Origin: an uncultured bacterium
Lineage (GTDB): Bacteria; Chloroflexota; UBA5177; JANWHV01
Direction: 5' to 3'
NCBI GenBank assembly: GCA_963827235.1
Contig: CAWHAE010000009.1
Location: 320,001-384,000, forward strand
Length of the DNA: 64,000 bases
Shown here: positions 19,073-27,423 of the stretch, piece by piece
How the letters are laid out: each line of letters begins with the position of its first letter
Numbering within the stretch: the first letter of the stretch is position 1
Notes under the pieces: generated by a model
Told to the model about the DNA's origin: nothing
Databases searched by the model: none
Seen by the model: the letters and a program-made list of their open reading frames with translations, nothing else
Made by a program: the position numbers and the translations under genes

Positions 19073-19840
19073 TCAGATCGGTGGCGGGCGCGAAAGCACT
19101 CCCGGGCCGCCCAAGAGGCCGCTCGGGGCGAGGGGCGGCGCCGGCGGGAAGGCCTGGCCCAGCGGTATCTGCAGCGCCTGGCTGAGCAGCCGGCGCAACG
19201 CGGTGATCGCCGCCTGAAGAGTCTCGAAGCGGCGCTCCAACCGCCAGACCAGCGCCGCGAGTAGCAACGCGACCGCCAGGTGCACGGGCAGCAGCGGAAC
19301 GGCGCTCTGCACCGCCATGGCCATGACTACTCCATGCATGTGTGTGGAGACGGTCATGGGCATCGACTGCTCAGCCAGTGCGTACAGGCCGGCCTGGACG
19401 CCGAGCAGCGGCAGCAAGAGCGCCAGCAGCCTGCCTGGATGGAGCGGCGCTCGTGCCGCCGGCGGCCGAGCCGCGACATGCAGGCACCGTGCCGTCTGCG
19501 TGAGGCGGTGCCGCTGGCCCGCGAGCCTCTGCAGCTCGCGAAACAGCGCCAGCAGCGTCAGCAGGGCGGCGGCGATCACTACCAGGAGCCCGCCTCGAAC
19601 CGGACAATGCGCCAGCATGAAGGCGACCGAGGCGGGTCGACCGTTCACACCGTCCAGGCCCAGATGGTATTCGACGACGTGGACGAGCGCTGCACCGACG
19701 CTGGCCAGCAGCAGCAGCGCGCCGGCAGAGAGGACCGGTCCGGCAGGTCCGCTCCCGGCGCGGACCCGCGGCAACGGCAGCCACGCAGCCGGTACGGCTC
19801 GCAGAGCTGACGGTGGCGGTGCGGCACGAGACCAGTACAT
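19073..19840 (-). CDS. Hypothetical ~4-TM His/Met-rich membrane protein with C-terminal RPPP motif (candidate arrest-peptide regulator)
   Basis: Four hydrophobic segments, HVVEYH, AHC, MPMTVSTHMHGVVMAM, ends GVLSRPPPI*; CATACT lies 6 nt before ATG 19840. Confidence 0.75.
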   Translation of the reverse strand: MYWSRAAPPPSALRAVPAAWLPLPRVRAGSGPAGPVLSAGALLLLASVGAALVHVVEYHLGLDGVNGRPASVAFMLAHCPVRGGLLVVIAAALLTLLALFRELQRLAGQRHRLTQTARCLHVAARPPAARAPLHPGRLLALLLPLLGVQAGLYALAEQSMPMTVSTHMHGVVMAMAVQSAVPLLPVHLAVALLLAALVWRLERRFETLQAAITALRRLLSQALQIPLGQAFPPAPPLAPSGLLGGPGVLSRPPPI

Positions 19841-19910
19841 ACTCACAGTATGCTCGCTCGTCCACTATGGACACGGGTGCGCCGCAAGCAGCAGCCAGCG
19901 CCGTCCCGCG

Positions 19911-20741
19911 CTACCCGCGCTTGCGGCCCACGAACAGAAGATGATCCGATGCCCCCATACCCTCCGGCGTCGTTCCCGTCTGCTCGACGAGGTCGAGCCA
20001 CGCCGCCGCATCGGTGTCCGAAAGCGCGGTCAGCGTGTTGCCCCAGATGCCCGTGAACGATTCGACGCCGGTGTATGCCACTTCGTCGAACCACTCGCGG
20101 AACAGCGACCGGAACTCCTCGCACCAGCTCAGGTGGGCGAAGGCAATAGGGGGCGCATGGTCGGGATCGAGGTTGCCGTCCTGCAGGAACTCTGCATGGA
20201 ACTGCCGCAGCTCCGCGCCGCGATTCCCCGACTGCCGAAAGCTATCGCGCAGGTAGGCCAGGCGATTGATCGCCGCGGCGAACAGCACGCCGCCGGCCCT
20301 CAAGATGCGCGCCGCTTCCCGCACCGCCTGCTCGCGGTCCGCCACGGCTGGGAGATGATACAGCGGTCCCAGGAACAGCGCCGCGTCGCAGCTCATGCTC
20401 TCGATATGGTCCAGGTGCGTGGCCGAGGCAAGCGTGGCATCCGCGATGTTCGCGGCCAGCCCTGCCGCGCGGAGCCGTGCGGTCGCGGCATCCAGCAAGC
20501 GCTTCGAGATGTCGACCAGCCGGATCCGGCACCCGTGCCGGGCCAGGACTTCGGCGTAGTGGCCGACCCCGACGCCCACGTCCGCGACCACCGCGTTGGC
20601 CGGGACGAAACGCTCCAGGTAGCGGGTTGTCAGGGCAAGCTCCACGGCATGATCGACGGAAAGGCGCGCGGCTTCGTACTCGAACACGCTCGTGTTGTAG
20701 TTTCGGGCTACCGCCTCTTCCTCAGCAGTCAGCTTCGCCAT
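19911..20741 (-). CDS. Class I SAM-dependent methyltransferase
   Basis: ADVGVGVGHY, LVDIS, FLGPLYHL, EAARILRAGG. Confidence 0.88.
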   Translation of the reverse strand: MAKLTAEEEAVARNYNTSVFEYEAARLSVDHAVELALTTRYLERFVPANAVVADVGVGVGHYAEVLARHGCRIRLVDISKRLLDAATARLRAAGLAANIADATLASATHLDHIESMSCDAALFLGPLYHLPAVADREQAVREAARILRAGGVLFAAAINRLAYLRDSFRQSGNRGAELRQFHAEFLQDGNLDPDHAPPIAFAHLSWCEEFRSLFREWFDEVAYTGVESFTGIWGNTLTALSDTDAAAWLDLVEQTGTTPEGMGASDHLLFVGRKRG

Positions 20742-20935
20742 CACATCCCCCTGGTCCTGCAGCGCGCGCCACGCTGCCTCCACGTAGCCACGGGCCCGGC
20801 CCCCAGGTAAGCCGCGCCGGAACACACCGTGACTGCGCGTACATCGAAGGCGCGCACGATGCTCTTCTCTCCTATCCTACGCTTCCTCTACTGCTCTATA
20901 CATATCGAAAGATGCGCGTCGATCTCACCACGCAC

Positions 20936-20980
20936 TTGACATCTTCCTGTCATCGTCCTGTCATCTCAGTGCTCTAGCAT
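20936..20980 (+). promoter_or_regulatory. PhoB/OmpR-type direct-repeat box plus -10 element
   Basis: TTGACAT-cttc-CTGTCAT-cgtc-CTGTCAT (11-bp period), then TAGCAT 10 nt downstream. Confidence 0.6.
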
Positions 20981-21098
20981 GGTCTTGTGGCGGGCGCGGT
21001 TGCTCCGGCAGGGTGTTTGACGCGCCGGAATGCGTCCGTCGTACAGACCATCGATCGCCGCGGCGCAAGTACCGGCAGGCAAGGGAGGGATTGGATTC

Positions 21099-21470
21099 GT
21101 GCACAAGGTTGCTACTGTTGCTTCATCCCTTTTCAGTCGAATCACCCACTGGCTCGTCATCCGGAATGGAGCCCGCTACGTCCTTGCCGGCACGATCGCG
21201 CTCGCCGCGCTGGGGGCCGTGGTCGCCAACCAGGATCTGCCCAAGCCGCCTGCCATCTCCTCGGTCCTGCCGATAGGCGACAACGATCACGGGCACTACG
21301 GCTGGTATGGTTGGCACAGGCACCATCACGGGGGCTGGCAAGGCCGCGACTACTACTTCGGTCACCAGCAGACGTACGACGGCACCTGGTCGCAGGGATC
21401 CTGGGGCGGAAACGGCTACGTCGGTCAGGGCGGCAGCGGCTCAACCGGTCAATCCGGCAGCGGCTACTGA
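21099..21470 (+). CDS. Small membrane-anchored or secreted His/Gly/Trp/Tyr-rich protein
   Basis: AGGGAGG RBS before GTG 21099, one hydrophobic segment, DHGHYGWYGWHRHHHGGW, followed by a terminator. Confidence 0.7.
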   Translation: MHKVATVASSLFSRITHWLVIRNGARYVLAGTIALAALGAVVANQDLPKPPAISSVLPIGDNDHGHYGWYGWHRHHHGGWQGRDYYFGHQQTYDGTWSQGSWGGNGYVGQGGSGSTGQSGSGY

Positions 21471-21503
21471 CCAGCCGGGTAGGCATCTCTCTACGCCCTT
21501 ACA

Positions 21504-21541
21504 GCAAAGCGGGACGCGTCGTGCGACGCGTCCCGCTTTGC
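21504..21541. terminator. Perfect 17-bp hairpin, probable bidirectional intrinsic terminator
   Basis: gcaaagcgggacgcgtc-gtgc-gacgcgtcccgctttgc. Confidence 0.75.
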
Positions 21542-21835
21542 GTTGCGCGGCGGCCCGGCGCGTGCGACGCTGAGAGCCCGCCAAGAGCACGGTCCTATAT
21601 CCAATTGTCTGGAGCAGGAGCGGCTTCCTGCGTACCACGTCGGCCCTCGGACGGTTCGTGTCCGCCGCGCCGAAACCTTGCTGGGCTCCCTTGGCCGCCA
21701 GCCAACAGACCACTGCGTCACGATATCCACGTGCGTCCCACTCGCACGAGCGGCAGGCAAAGTGGCAAGATGAGAGTGTATTCTTAAGTTCAATTGCACG
21801 CGACAGGGGAAGCCGCGGTATCACGGTGGGATGCG

Positions 21836-22327
21836 ATGGCAGAAGACAAAGGCACGGCGTCGATTCAGCCGGGAGGAGCGTACGCAGCGCCGGAGTCCAT
21901 GCTCTCCGCCGTCTCCTTCCTGCGCGACCACGGCTTGCGCGTCACCCCGCAGCGACTGCTGCTGGTGGAAGTCGTGCGCGGTCTGTCCGGCCACTTCACC
22001 GCCGACCAGGTCTACAACAGGGTGCGCGCCGCCTACCCGGGCGTGAGCAAGGTGAGCGTCTACAGAGGCCTCGACACCCTGCGCGAGCAGGGCCTGGTCA
22101 CCTGCACCGAGCTCGGCCAACCGTCTGCCGAGTACGAGTGGAGCGGCGCATCCCGGCACCACCACCTCGTCTGTACCCACTGCGGCTACCAGCAGAACGT
22201 GCCCGATGGCGCCATGGACATGCTGCGGCAGCGCCTGGCCTCCGACTACGGCTTCCAGGCCACCATCGACCACATCGCGATCTGGGGCGTCTGCGAAGCG
22301 TGCCACCAGGCACAGCACAAAGAGTGA
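21836..22327 (+). CDS. Fur-family transcriptional regulator (Fur/Zur/PerR)
   Basis: LRVTPQR, HFTADQVY, SVYRGLDTL, HHHLVCTHCG, GVCEAC. Confidence 0.92.
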   Translation: MAEDKGTASIQPGGAYAAPESMLSAVSFLRDHGLRVTPQRLLLVEVVRGLSGHFTADQVYNRVRAAYPGVSKVSVYRGLDTLREQGLVTCTELGQPSAEYEWSGASRHHHLVCTHCGYQQNVPDGAMDMLRQRLASDYGFQATIDHIAIWGVCEACHQAQHKE

Positions 22328-22378
22328 CCGATCGGTTGGCCCGGCCATGAGGCCGGCATCGGTTATCAGCGCGACTCC

Positions 22379-22948
22379 CTAATCGGAGCCGGCAAACTCA
22401 GTCGCGACGGCATCCATATACACGTCGTCCCACCGTTGGTCGCCCATCCACCGGCAGGCGCGCCGCCGTCCGTACTCCCTGAAGCCGGCCCGTGCGTAGG
22501 CACGTTGCCCGGCGACGTTCCACGCCGCTACCGTCAGCCCGACGTTGCGCAAGCCGAGGGTGGTAAAAGCATAGGCGAGCGTCAGGCGCGTCGCTTCGGT
22601 GCCATAGCCGTGGCCGCGCGCCACCGGCTCGCCGATCAGGATGCCGAAGTCGGCACTGCGGTTGCTATAGTCAATGTGGAACAAGCTCACCGTGCCTATC
22701 GGTCGCCAGGTAGCGAGCTCGTAGACGACGAAGTCCACGCCGTCCTCGCCCAGCGCGTCACGCTCGTAGCGCGCTGTCCGCTCCTCAAGCGTCTGCGGGA
22801 GCGGCACGCCGATGTTCTGCCGGGCGTCGAGATCGTCGCTCCAGCGGGTCAGCAGGGGTATCAGACCGCGGCGCAAGGGACCGAGGGCAACGTTGTCTCC
22901 AACGAAGTTGACGATCGGCTGCTCTGTGGCATGGGGCTCTGCTATCAT
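22379..22948 (-). CDS. GNAT N-acetyltransferase, RimJ/RimL type
   Basis: ADFGILIGE, RGHGYGTEA, AYARAGF; GGAGG RBS. Confidence 0.88.
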   Translation of the reverse strand: MIAEPHATEQPIVNFVGDNVALGPLRRGLIPLLTRWSDDLDARQNIGVPLPQTLEERTARYERDALGEDGVDFVVYELATWRPIGTVSLFHIDYSNRSADFGILIGEPVARGHGYGTEATRLTLAYAFTTLGLRNVGLTVAAWNVAGQRAYARAGFREYGRRRACRWMGDQRWDDVYMDAVATEFAGSD

Positions 22949-23175
22949 CGCTACCTCCGGCTTGATGCTCCCAGGTGGGAGCCGCGGGCCACGTGACATG
23001 CACTACGACTGTGTACCGTACATCATGATGCATCCTGCGCGCGGATCTCGGTGGCGGCCGTGCCTACCGGTCCTGGCGCAGTCCTCTGCCGCGTTCGGAC
23101 CGCTCGACTACAAACCTGGCTGGACCGCCGAGCAAGTCCCACCGGGGCCGTCGAGCGGCGCAGTCGCCAGCTCTG

Positions 23176-24063
23176 CTAAAGGATCGGCGACACGAAGCGC
23201 GTCAGCAACGGCCGGTGGTCCGAGGCGGCCGCCGCCGCCGGTAGGTCCACCACGTCGCACGAAAGCAGCCACGTGCGCAGGGCGGCGGGGGCAAACACGT
23301 AGTCGAGTCGGATGGCCGGGTCGGGCGCCGGAAACGTGTAGCCCGGCTCGTCGGGATGCAGGTAGCGGTAGCAATCGATGTAGCCGGCATCCAGCACCTG
23401 CCGGATCAGGTGCCGCGGCAGCAGCGTCTCACCCGTGAACAGCCCGCTGCGTGCCCCCCGGTCCAGGAGTGCACCGATCGTCATCTGCCGCTCGCGACGC
23501 GGCGCCCCGAGCTCCGCCTTCACCACGCGCATGCGGCTGGCGTAATGCGCCGTCAGACTCTTGAACACGATGCCGTCGCCCGGCGCCAGCGAGTTGCAGT
23601 CGCCGAACATGAGATGCGGCATGGTCGCCCGCGGCCCGATACTCTGCAGAATGGCGTCCATCTCGCGCAGACGCCGCCGCTCGCCGCCGATCGTGGCCGT
23701 GGCATTCAGATGGATGACGAACAGCGTCAGATCGGTCGCGTTGGGCAGCCGAACCTGCACCTCGAGCATGGTCTTGCGCAAGATCCCCGGGTGCGGGTGG
23801 TTGTGGCTGCCCACGATCGGCAGCCGGCTGAGAAAAGCTACGTGATGGATGGTGTTGGCTACGCCGAATACGTAGTCCATGCCCAGGGTGTCGGCCAGGC
23901 GCGCCACGGCCAGCTCGTCGTCGGCTTCCTGTATGCCGAGCAGGTCAGGCCGCACGTCGCGAACTACGCTTGTGATCGGCTCCATGCGCCCGGCGCCGCC
24001 CAGGAAGATGTTGTAGGACATCAACGAGAAACTGGCGGGCTGCTGATCCATGCGGTACGTCAC
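23176..24063 (-). CDS. Endonuclease/exonuclease/phosphatase family protein
   Basis: SYNI, IQE, IHL, GDCN, RLDYVF, ASDHRP. Confidence 0.88.
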   Translation of the reverse strand: MTYRMDQQPASFSLMSYNIFLGGAGRMEPITSVVRDVRPDLLGIQEADDELAVARLADTLGMDYVFGVANTIHHVAFLSRLPIVGSHNHPHPGILRKTMLEVQVRLPNATDLTLFVIHLNATATIGGERRRLREMDAILQSIGPRATMPHLMFGDCNSLAPGDGIVFKSLTAHYASRMRVVKAELGAPRRERQMTIGALLDRGARSGLFTGETLLPRHLIRQVLDAGYIDCYRYLHPDEPGYTFPAPDPAIRLDYVFAPAALRTWLLSCDVVDLPAAAAASDHRPLLTRFVSPIL

Positions 24064-24121
24064 GAGCTAGCCAAAAACCTCGCGCCCCAAGCGTAGGAAG
24101 TGCCGGTGCGAAGAAGAAGGG

Positions 24122-24194
24122 CAGGGGTGGCAGGATTCGAACCCGCAACCGACGGTTTTGGAGACCGTTGCACTGCCAATTGTGCTACACCCCT
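24122..24194 (-). tRNA. trnW: tRNA-Trp(CCA)
   Basis: AGGGGTG acceptor stem, anticodon arm ACGGT-CTCCAAA-ACCGT, T-loop GGTTCGAATCC; 3' CCA not encoded (CCC). Confidence 0.95.
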
Positions 24195-24200
24195 GTGCGG

Positions 24201-24273
24201 TGGAGCTGAGGGGACTCGAACCCCTGACCCCTGCGATGCGAACGCAATGCTCTCCCAACTGAGCTACAGCCCC
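24201..24273 (-). tRNA. trnA: tRNA-Ala(CGC)
   Basis: GGGGCTG/CAGCTCC-A acceptor with G3:U70, anticodon loop TTCGCAT, GGTTCGAGTCC; 3' CCA not encoded (CCG). Confidence 0.95.
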
Positions 24274-24283
24274 GCGCCACAGT

Positions 24284-24311
24284 AGTATACCGCACCGGCC
24301 CGATGCGTCAA
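24284..24311 (-). promoter_or_regulatory. Housekeeping sigma promoter of the tRNA pair
   Basis: TTGACG-16 nt-TATACT, 10 nt upstream of tRNA-Ala. Confidence 0.7.
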
Positions 24312-24375
24312 TGGCGCTGTTTCCCTATGGGGCCGACCGGTCGGTGCGACACAGCGGTTTGTTGTCTCACGACGA

Positions 24376-24468
24376 TGGAAGCAATGGCGCGACTCGGCGT
24401 GTCTTCACCCCGAGAGTACATCCCCGGAGTGCCCGCCCTGGTTGCCGAGGTAATCAGCCCATCCCCAA
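24376..24468 (+). pseudogene. Short remnant of a Uma2-family endonuclease
   Basis: YIPGVPALVAEVISPS matches the Uma2 PxLVxEVxSPS motif; nothing else recognisable. Confidence 0.5.
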
Positions 24469-24645
24469 ACTGCCGCGGAAGCCTGCCATATGCGAGATCG
24501 CGCAGTCACCGCGACGCAAGCCCGTTGCCAAGCTGATAGGTTACCAAACCTATTGGACTGCTAGATATAGCACGGGTACGCTGGAAAAGGGCCGGCCGCT
24601 GTGGGCCGTGCCGATTATGGAACGACCCAGGAGGGCACACAATAG

Positions 24646-25134
24646 ATGAGCGTCGCCGACGAACTGCTACGAGCCAACGAGACCTACGCCGCCTCGTTCA
24701 CCAAGGGCGGCCTTCCCATGCCGCCCGGCAAGCATGTAGCCATCATCGCCTGCATGGATGCCAGGCTCGACCCCGCGCGCGCCCTCGGCCTGCGAGAAGG
24801 CGACGCGCACGTGATCCGCAACGCCGGGGGACGGGCCGGCGACGCCATCCGCTCGCTGGTGATCTCGCAGCAGCTCCTGGGCACCCGGGAAGTGATCATC
24901 ATCCACCACACGGACTGCGGCATGCTCACGTTTACGGACGAGCAGCTCAAGAGCCAGGTGGAGAGGAACCTGGGCGCGCGTCCCACGCAACCGTTCCTCG
25001 CCTTCGGCGACCTGGATCAGAGCGTGCGCGACGACATACAAGAGGTAAAGGCATCGCCGTACCTGCTGAAAGATGTCACCGTGCGTGGCTTCATCTACGA
25101 GGTGGAGACGGGCCGGGTGCGCGAAGTGGTGTGA
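24646..25134 (+). CDS. Beta-class carbonic anhydrase
   Basis: CMDAR, IRNAGG, HHTDCG; AGGAGG RBS. Confidence 0.93.
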   Translation: MSVADELLRANETYAASFTKGGLPMPPGKHVAIIACMDARLDPARALGLREGDAHVIRNAGGRAGDAIRSLVISQQLLGTREVIIIHHTDCGMLTFTDEQLKSQVERNLGARPTQPFLAFGDLDQSVRDDIQEVKASPYLLKDVTVRGFIYEVETGRVREVV

Positions 25135-25249
25135 CCGGGACGCCTGGACGCGGCGCGCGAGGCGGCGGCCGTCTGGGTCCAGCGATATGCCTGCCCGCAG
25201 CCCGACTTTCGAGCCGCTGAAATAGGCGCCTCGAAAGTCGGGCTGCCGG

Positions 25250-25688
25250 CGTGTGGCGGGTAGCGCCGCTTCACCCCGATTTGAAGGGGATGGCTAGCAA
25301 GAATGCGTTTAACGGTCTTGTGATCGATCCGGCCATCATCGCGACGCCGACAGATGGCCGCGATCTCATGCGGGTGAAAGGCCGGATACTCGGCCTTCAG
25401 GGCTAGCACCCGTTGCCGAATGTCCGCAGGCACCAGCCGACGATCTTCCGGCGTTCGTTTTGGCTCGGGGAACAGACCGGCCATCCCGACCGCATCGAAA
25501 TGGTCAGTCTTGCGAGCCAGCGTGCGCTCGGCGATACCCGTGGTCGCCGCACGCTCGGCAGCGGTCTCGCCGAACAGGTTGATAGGACGCAGGATCTCAT
25601 ACGCCTCTTGTTCCGGTCAAGACACATAGAGGTTTATCTGGTCCCATACATGCGTCGGTTCACGGCGTGTGCGTTTCGGTGCAGGCAT
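25250..25688 (-). mobile_element. Truncated IS transposase (HTH part only) with an in-frame stop
   Basis: MPAPKR..VS*PEQEAYEILRPINLFG..ERAATTGIAERTLARK..GMAGLF..LKAEYPAFHPHEIAAIC..KTVKRIL; TGA at 25617-25619; no DDE domain; left boundary approximate. Confidence 0.65.
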
Positions 25689-26387
25689 TGATCACCGCGA
25701 AGTCACTGACCTGGCGTAGTGATCCCTCACGCGGGGTAAGCACTGTGCTACCACGCTGATCCGTACGGTTCAAGCCAGGCTGCAGCCTGAATGATTTGAG
25801 GCGTCTGGCGCGGCCCAGAGCCCGCGACAGTGACCCGTTGTGGACCTGGCCAGTATGATGCGGCGAACGCTGCTGACCGATGATCTATTGCTCAGCGAGA
25901 AACGGTGACCAACGACATTCGCACGTGGCATGCGTTTCCTACGATCTATTGGTTGCGGTATGCCATGGCATCGCGCAGGCGTTTGATGTCGGCAGGTTGC
26001 CGCCCAAAGTGCGTGGGAAGATAAAGCGACGGTGCCAAGATTGGAGGGCCGATCGACATTCCGCAGTAACTTGCTTATCGTGGAGTCTATACCCGTCGAT
26101 GGTGTCGAGCTGGCAACAGCGCTCGGACGGCTGCCGTGCGACAATGGACCTCAAGGCTAGAGTTGAGCCGGACGCTCCACGCTACAGCCGCCAGGGATCG
26201 GTGCGAAGGCACGAACACAGGCAGGGTCCTGCCGTGAACGACGAACTGCTGCGGTGCGGCAGTGATTCTGCGGAGCCAGCCGAGATTGAAGGCCGCAGGG
26301 CGGGAGGCTTCGTGCCACCGGCAGTACGGTCGTGATCAGTTTGCACGGCGCAGCCTGCGCGTATACATATAGTGGAGAATCGGCGCT

Positions 26388-27086
26388 ATGGAAGAGGTTT
26401 GGCTAATCGATGAGTTGATGCACGCTGGGCCGGAGCATCTCGATGCAGCCTTCGTGGCAGGTTACAACCGCAAGCAAGGCTACCCCGACCCGGCCGTAGA
26501 CCTGGCCGTGTTCAGTACCTATGGCCTTGAGACGAGCGCGGTCGTGGTCGATCTCGGTGCGGGCACCGGACGGTTCGCGCTCGCCGCCGCGCAGAGGTTT
26601 GGGCAGGTCATCGCCGTGGATATTTCACCGGCCATGATCGAGCACCTTCGTACACAGGCAAGCGAAGCTAATCTTGCAAACCTCCGCTGCGTGCAAGCAG
26701 GTTTCCTCACGTATGTGCACACGGGCCCGCCAGTTGCCGGCGTCTACACGCGGAACGTGCTCCACCACCTGCCGGACTTTTGGAAGGCAATAGCGCTCTA
26801 TCGGATCGCACGCATTATGCAGCCGGGCGGCATCCTGCGCCTCAAAGACCTGATTTATGACTTCGAGCCTGCCCAAGCCGAAGGCGTGTTCGGGCGGTGG
26901 CTCGACGGAGCCGCCCAAGACCCAGCAAGCGGCTATACCCGCGACGACTTCGCCACGCACATCCGTAGCGAGCACAGTACATTCCGGTGGCTGCTCGAGC
27001 CAATGCTCGCCGCCGCTGGCTTCGAGATCATGGCTGCTGACTTCAGCGGCTCGGTCTATGGATCGTACACGTGCGTCAGGCGCTGA
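26388..27086 (+). CDS. Class I SAM-dependent methyltransferase
   Basis: VVDLGAGTG, AVDISPAM, LHHLPD, MQPGG; GGAG RBS. Confidence 0.88.
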   Translation: MEEVWLIDELMHAGPEHLDAAFVAGYNRKQGYPDPAVDLAVFSTYGLETSAVVVDLGAGTGRFALAAAQRFGQVIAVDISPAMIEHLRTQASEANLANLRCVQAGFLTYVHTGPPVAGVYTRNVLHHLPDFWKAIALYRIARIMQPGGILRLKDLIYDFEPAQAEGVFGRWLDGAAQDPASGYTRDDFATHIRSEHSTFRWLLEPMLAAAGFEIMAADFSGSVYGSYTCVRR

Positions 27087-27423
27087 ACATTGGCGTAGGC
27101 GGTCACCAATGGTCACGCGTGAGACATGTGCGCATTCCTGCTATCGGCCGATCGCTCGACTGAATAATCCTCGTCCATTGCGCAGCTAGGTCGGGTGGCG
27201 ACTTCGTGCTCAGCAGTGAAATAAGCTCTTGCGGAAACCGTGAGCGCCTGTCCCATTCAGACACTACGAGACGATGCGACCGCTCAGGCTGGGGGCAGAC
27301 CTATTTGCCAAAATTGCGCCCGGCATGTGTACCCCCTCCTCGAGGTTTGCCGCCGATGCCATGCTTCCCGACGATCCCGCCGGCGGGCACGACGATACCC
27401 CGGGATTGCAGTACCCTTAAGAC

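Noticed and set aside
21099-21470. His/Gly-rich protein as a RiPP precursor
   Set aside because: No modification enzyme, peptidase or exporter nearby; the N-terminus is a membrane segment rather than a leader peptide.
25617-25619. In-frame TGA in the transposase as recoding (Sec or Trp)
   Set aside because: TGA is a normal stop throughout the window and the gene is also truncated; a TGG>TGA mutation is simpler.
25700-26380. ORFs 25770..26144 and 25880..26335
   Set aside because: No recognisable motif, weak codon bias, no RBS; probably decayed foreign DNA.
24122-27086. Genomic island integrated at the tRNA pair
   Set aside because: No integrase and no duplicated tRNA 3' end seen; the transposase and Uma2 remnants lie on the 5' side of the tRNAs.
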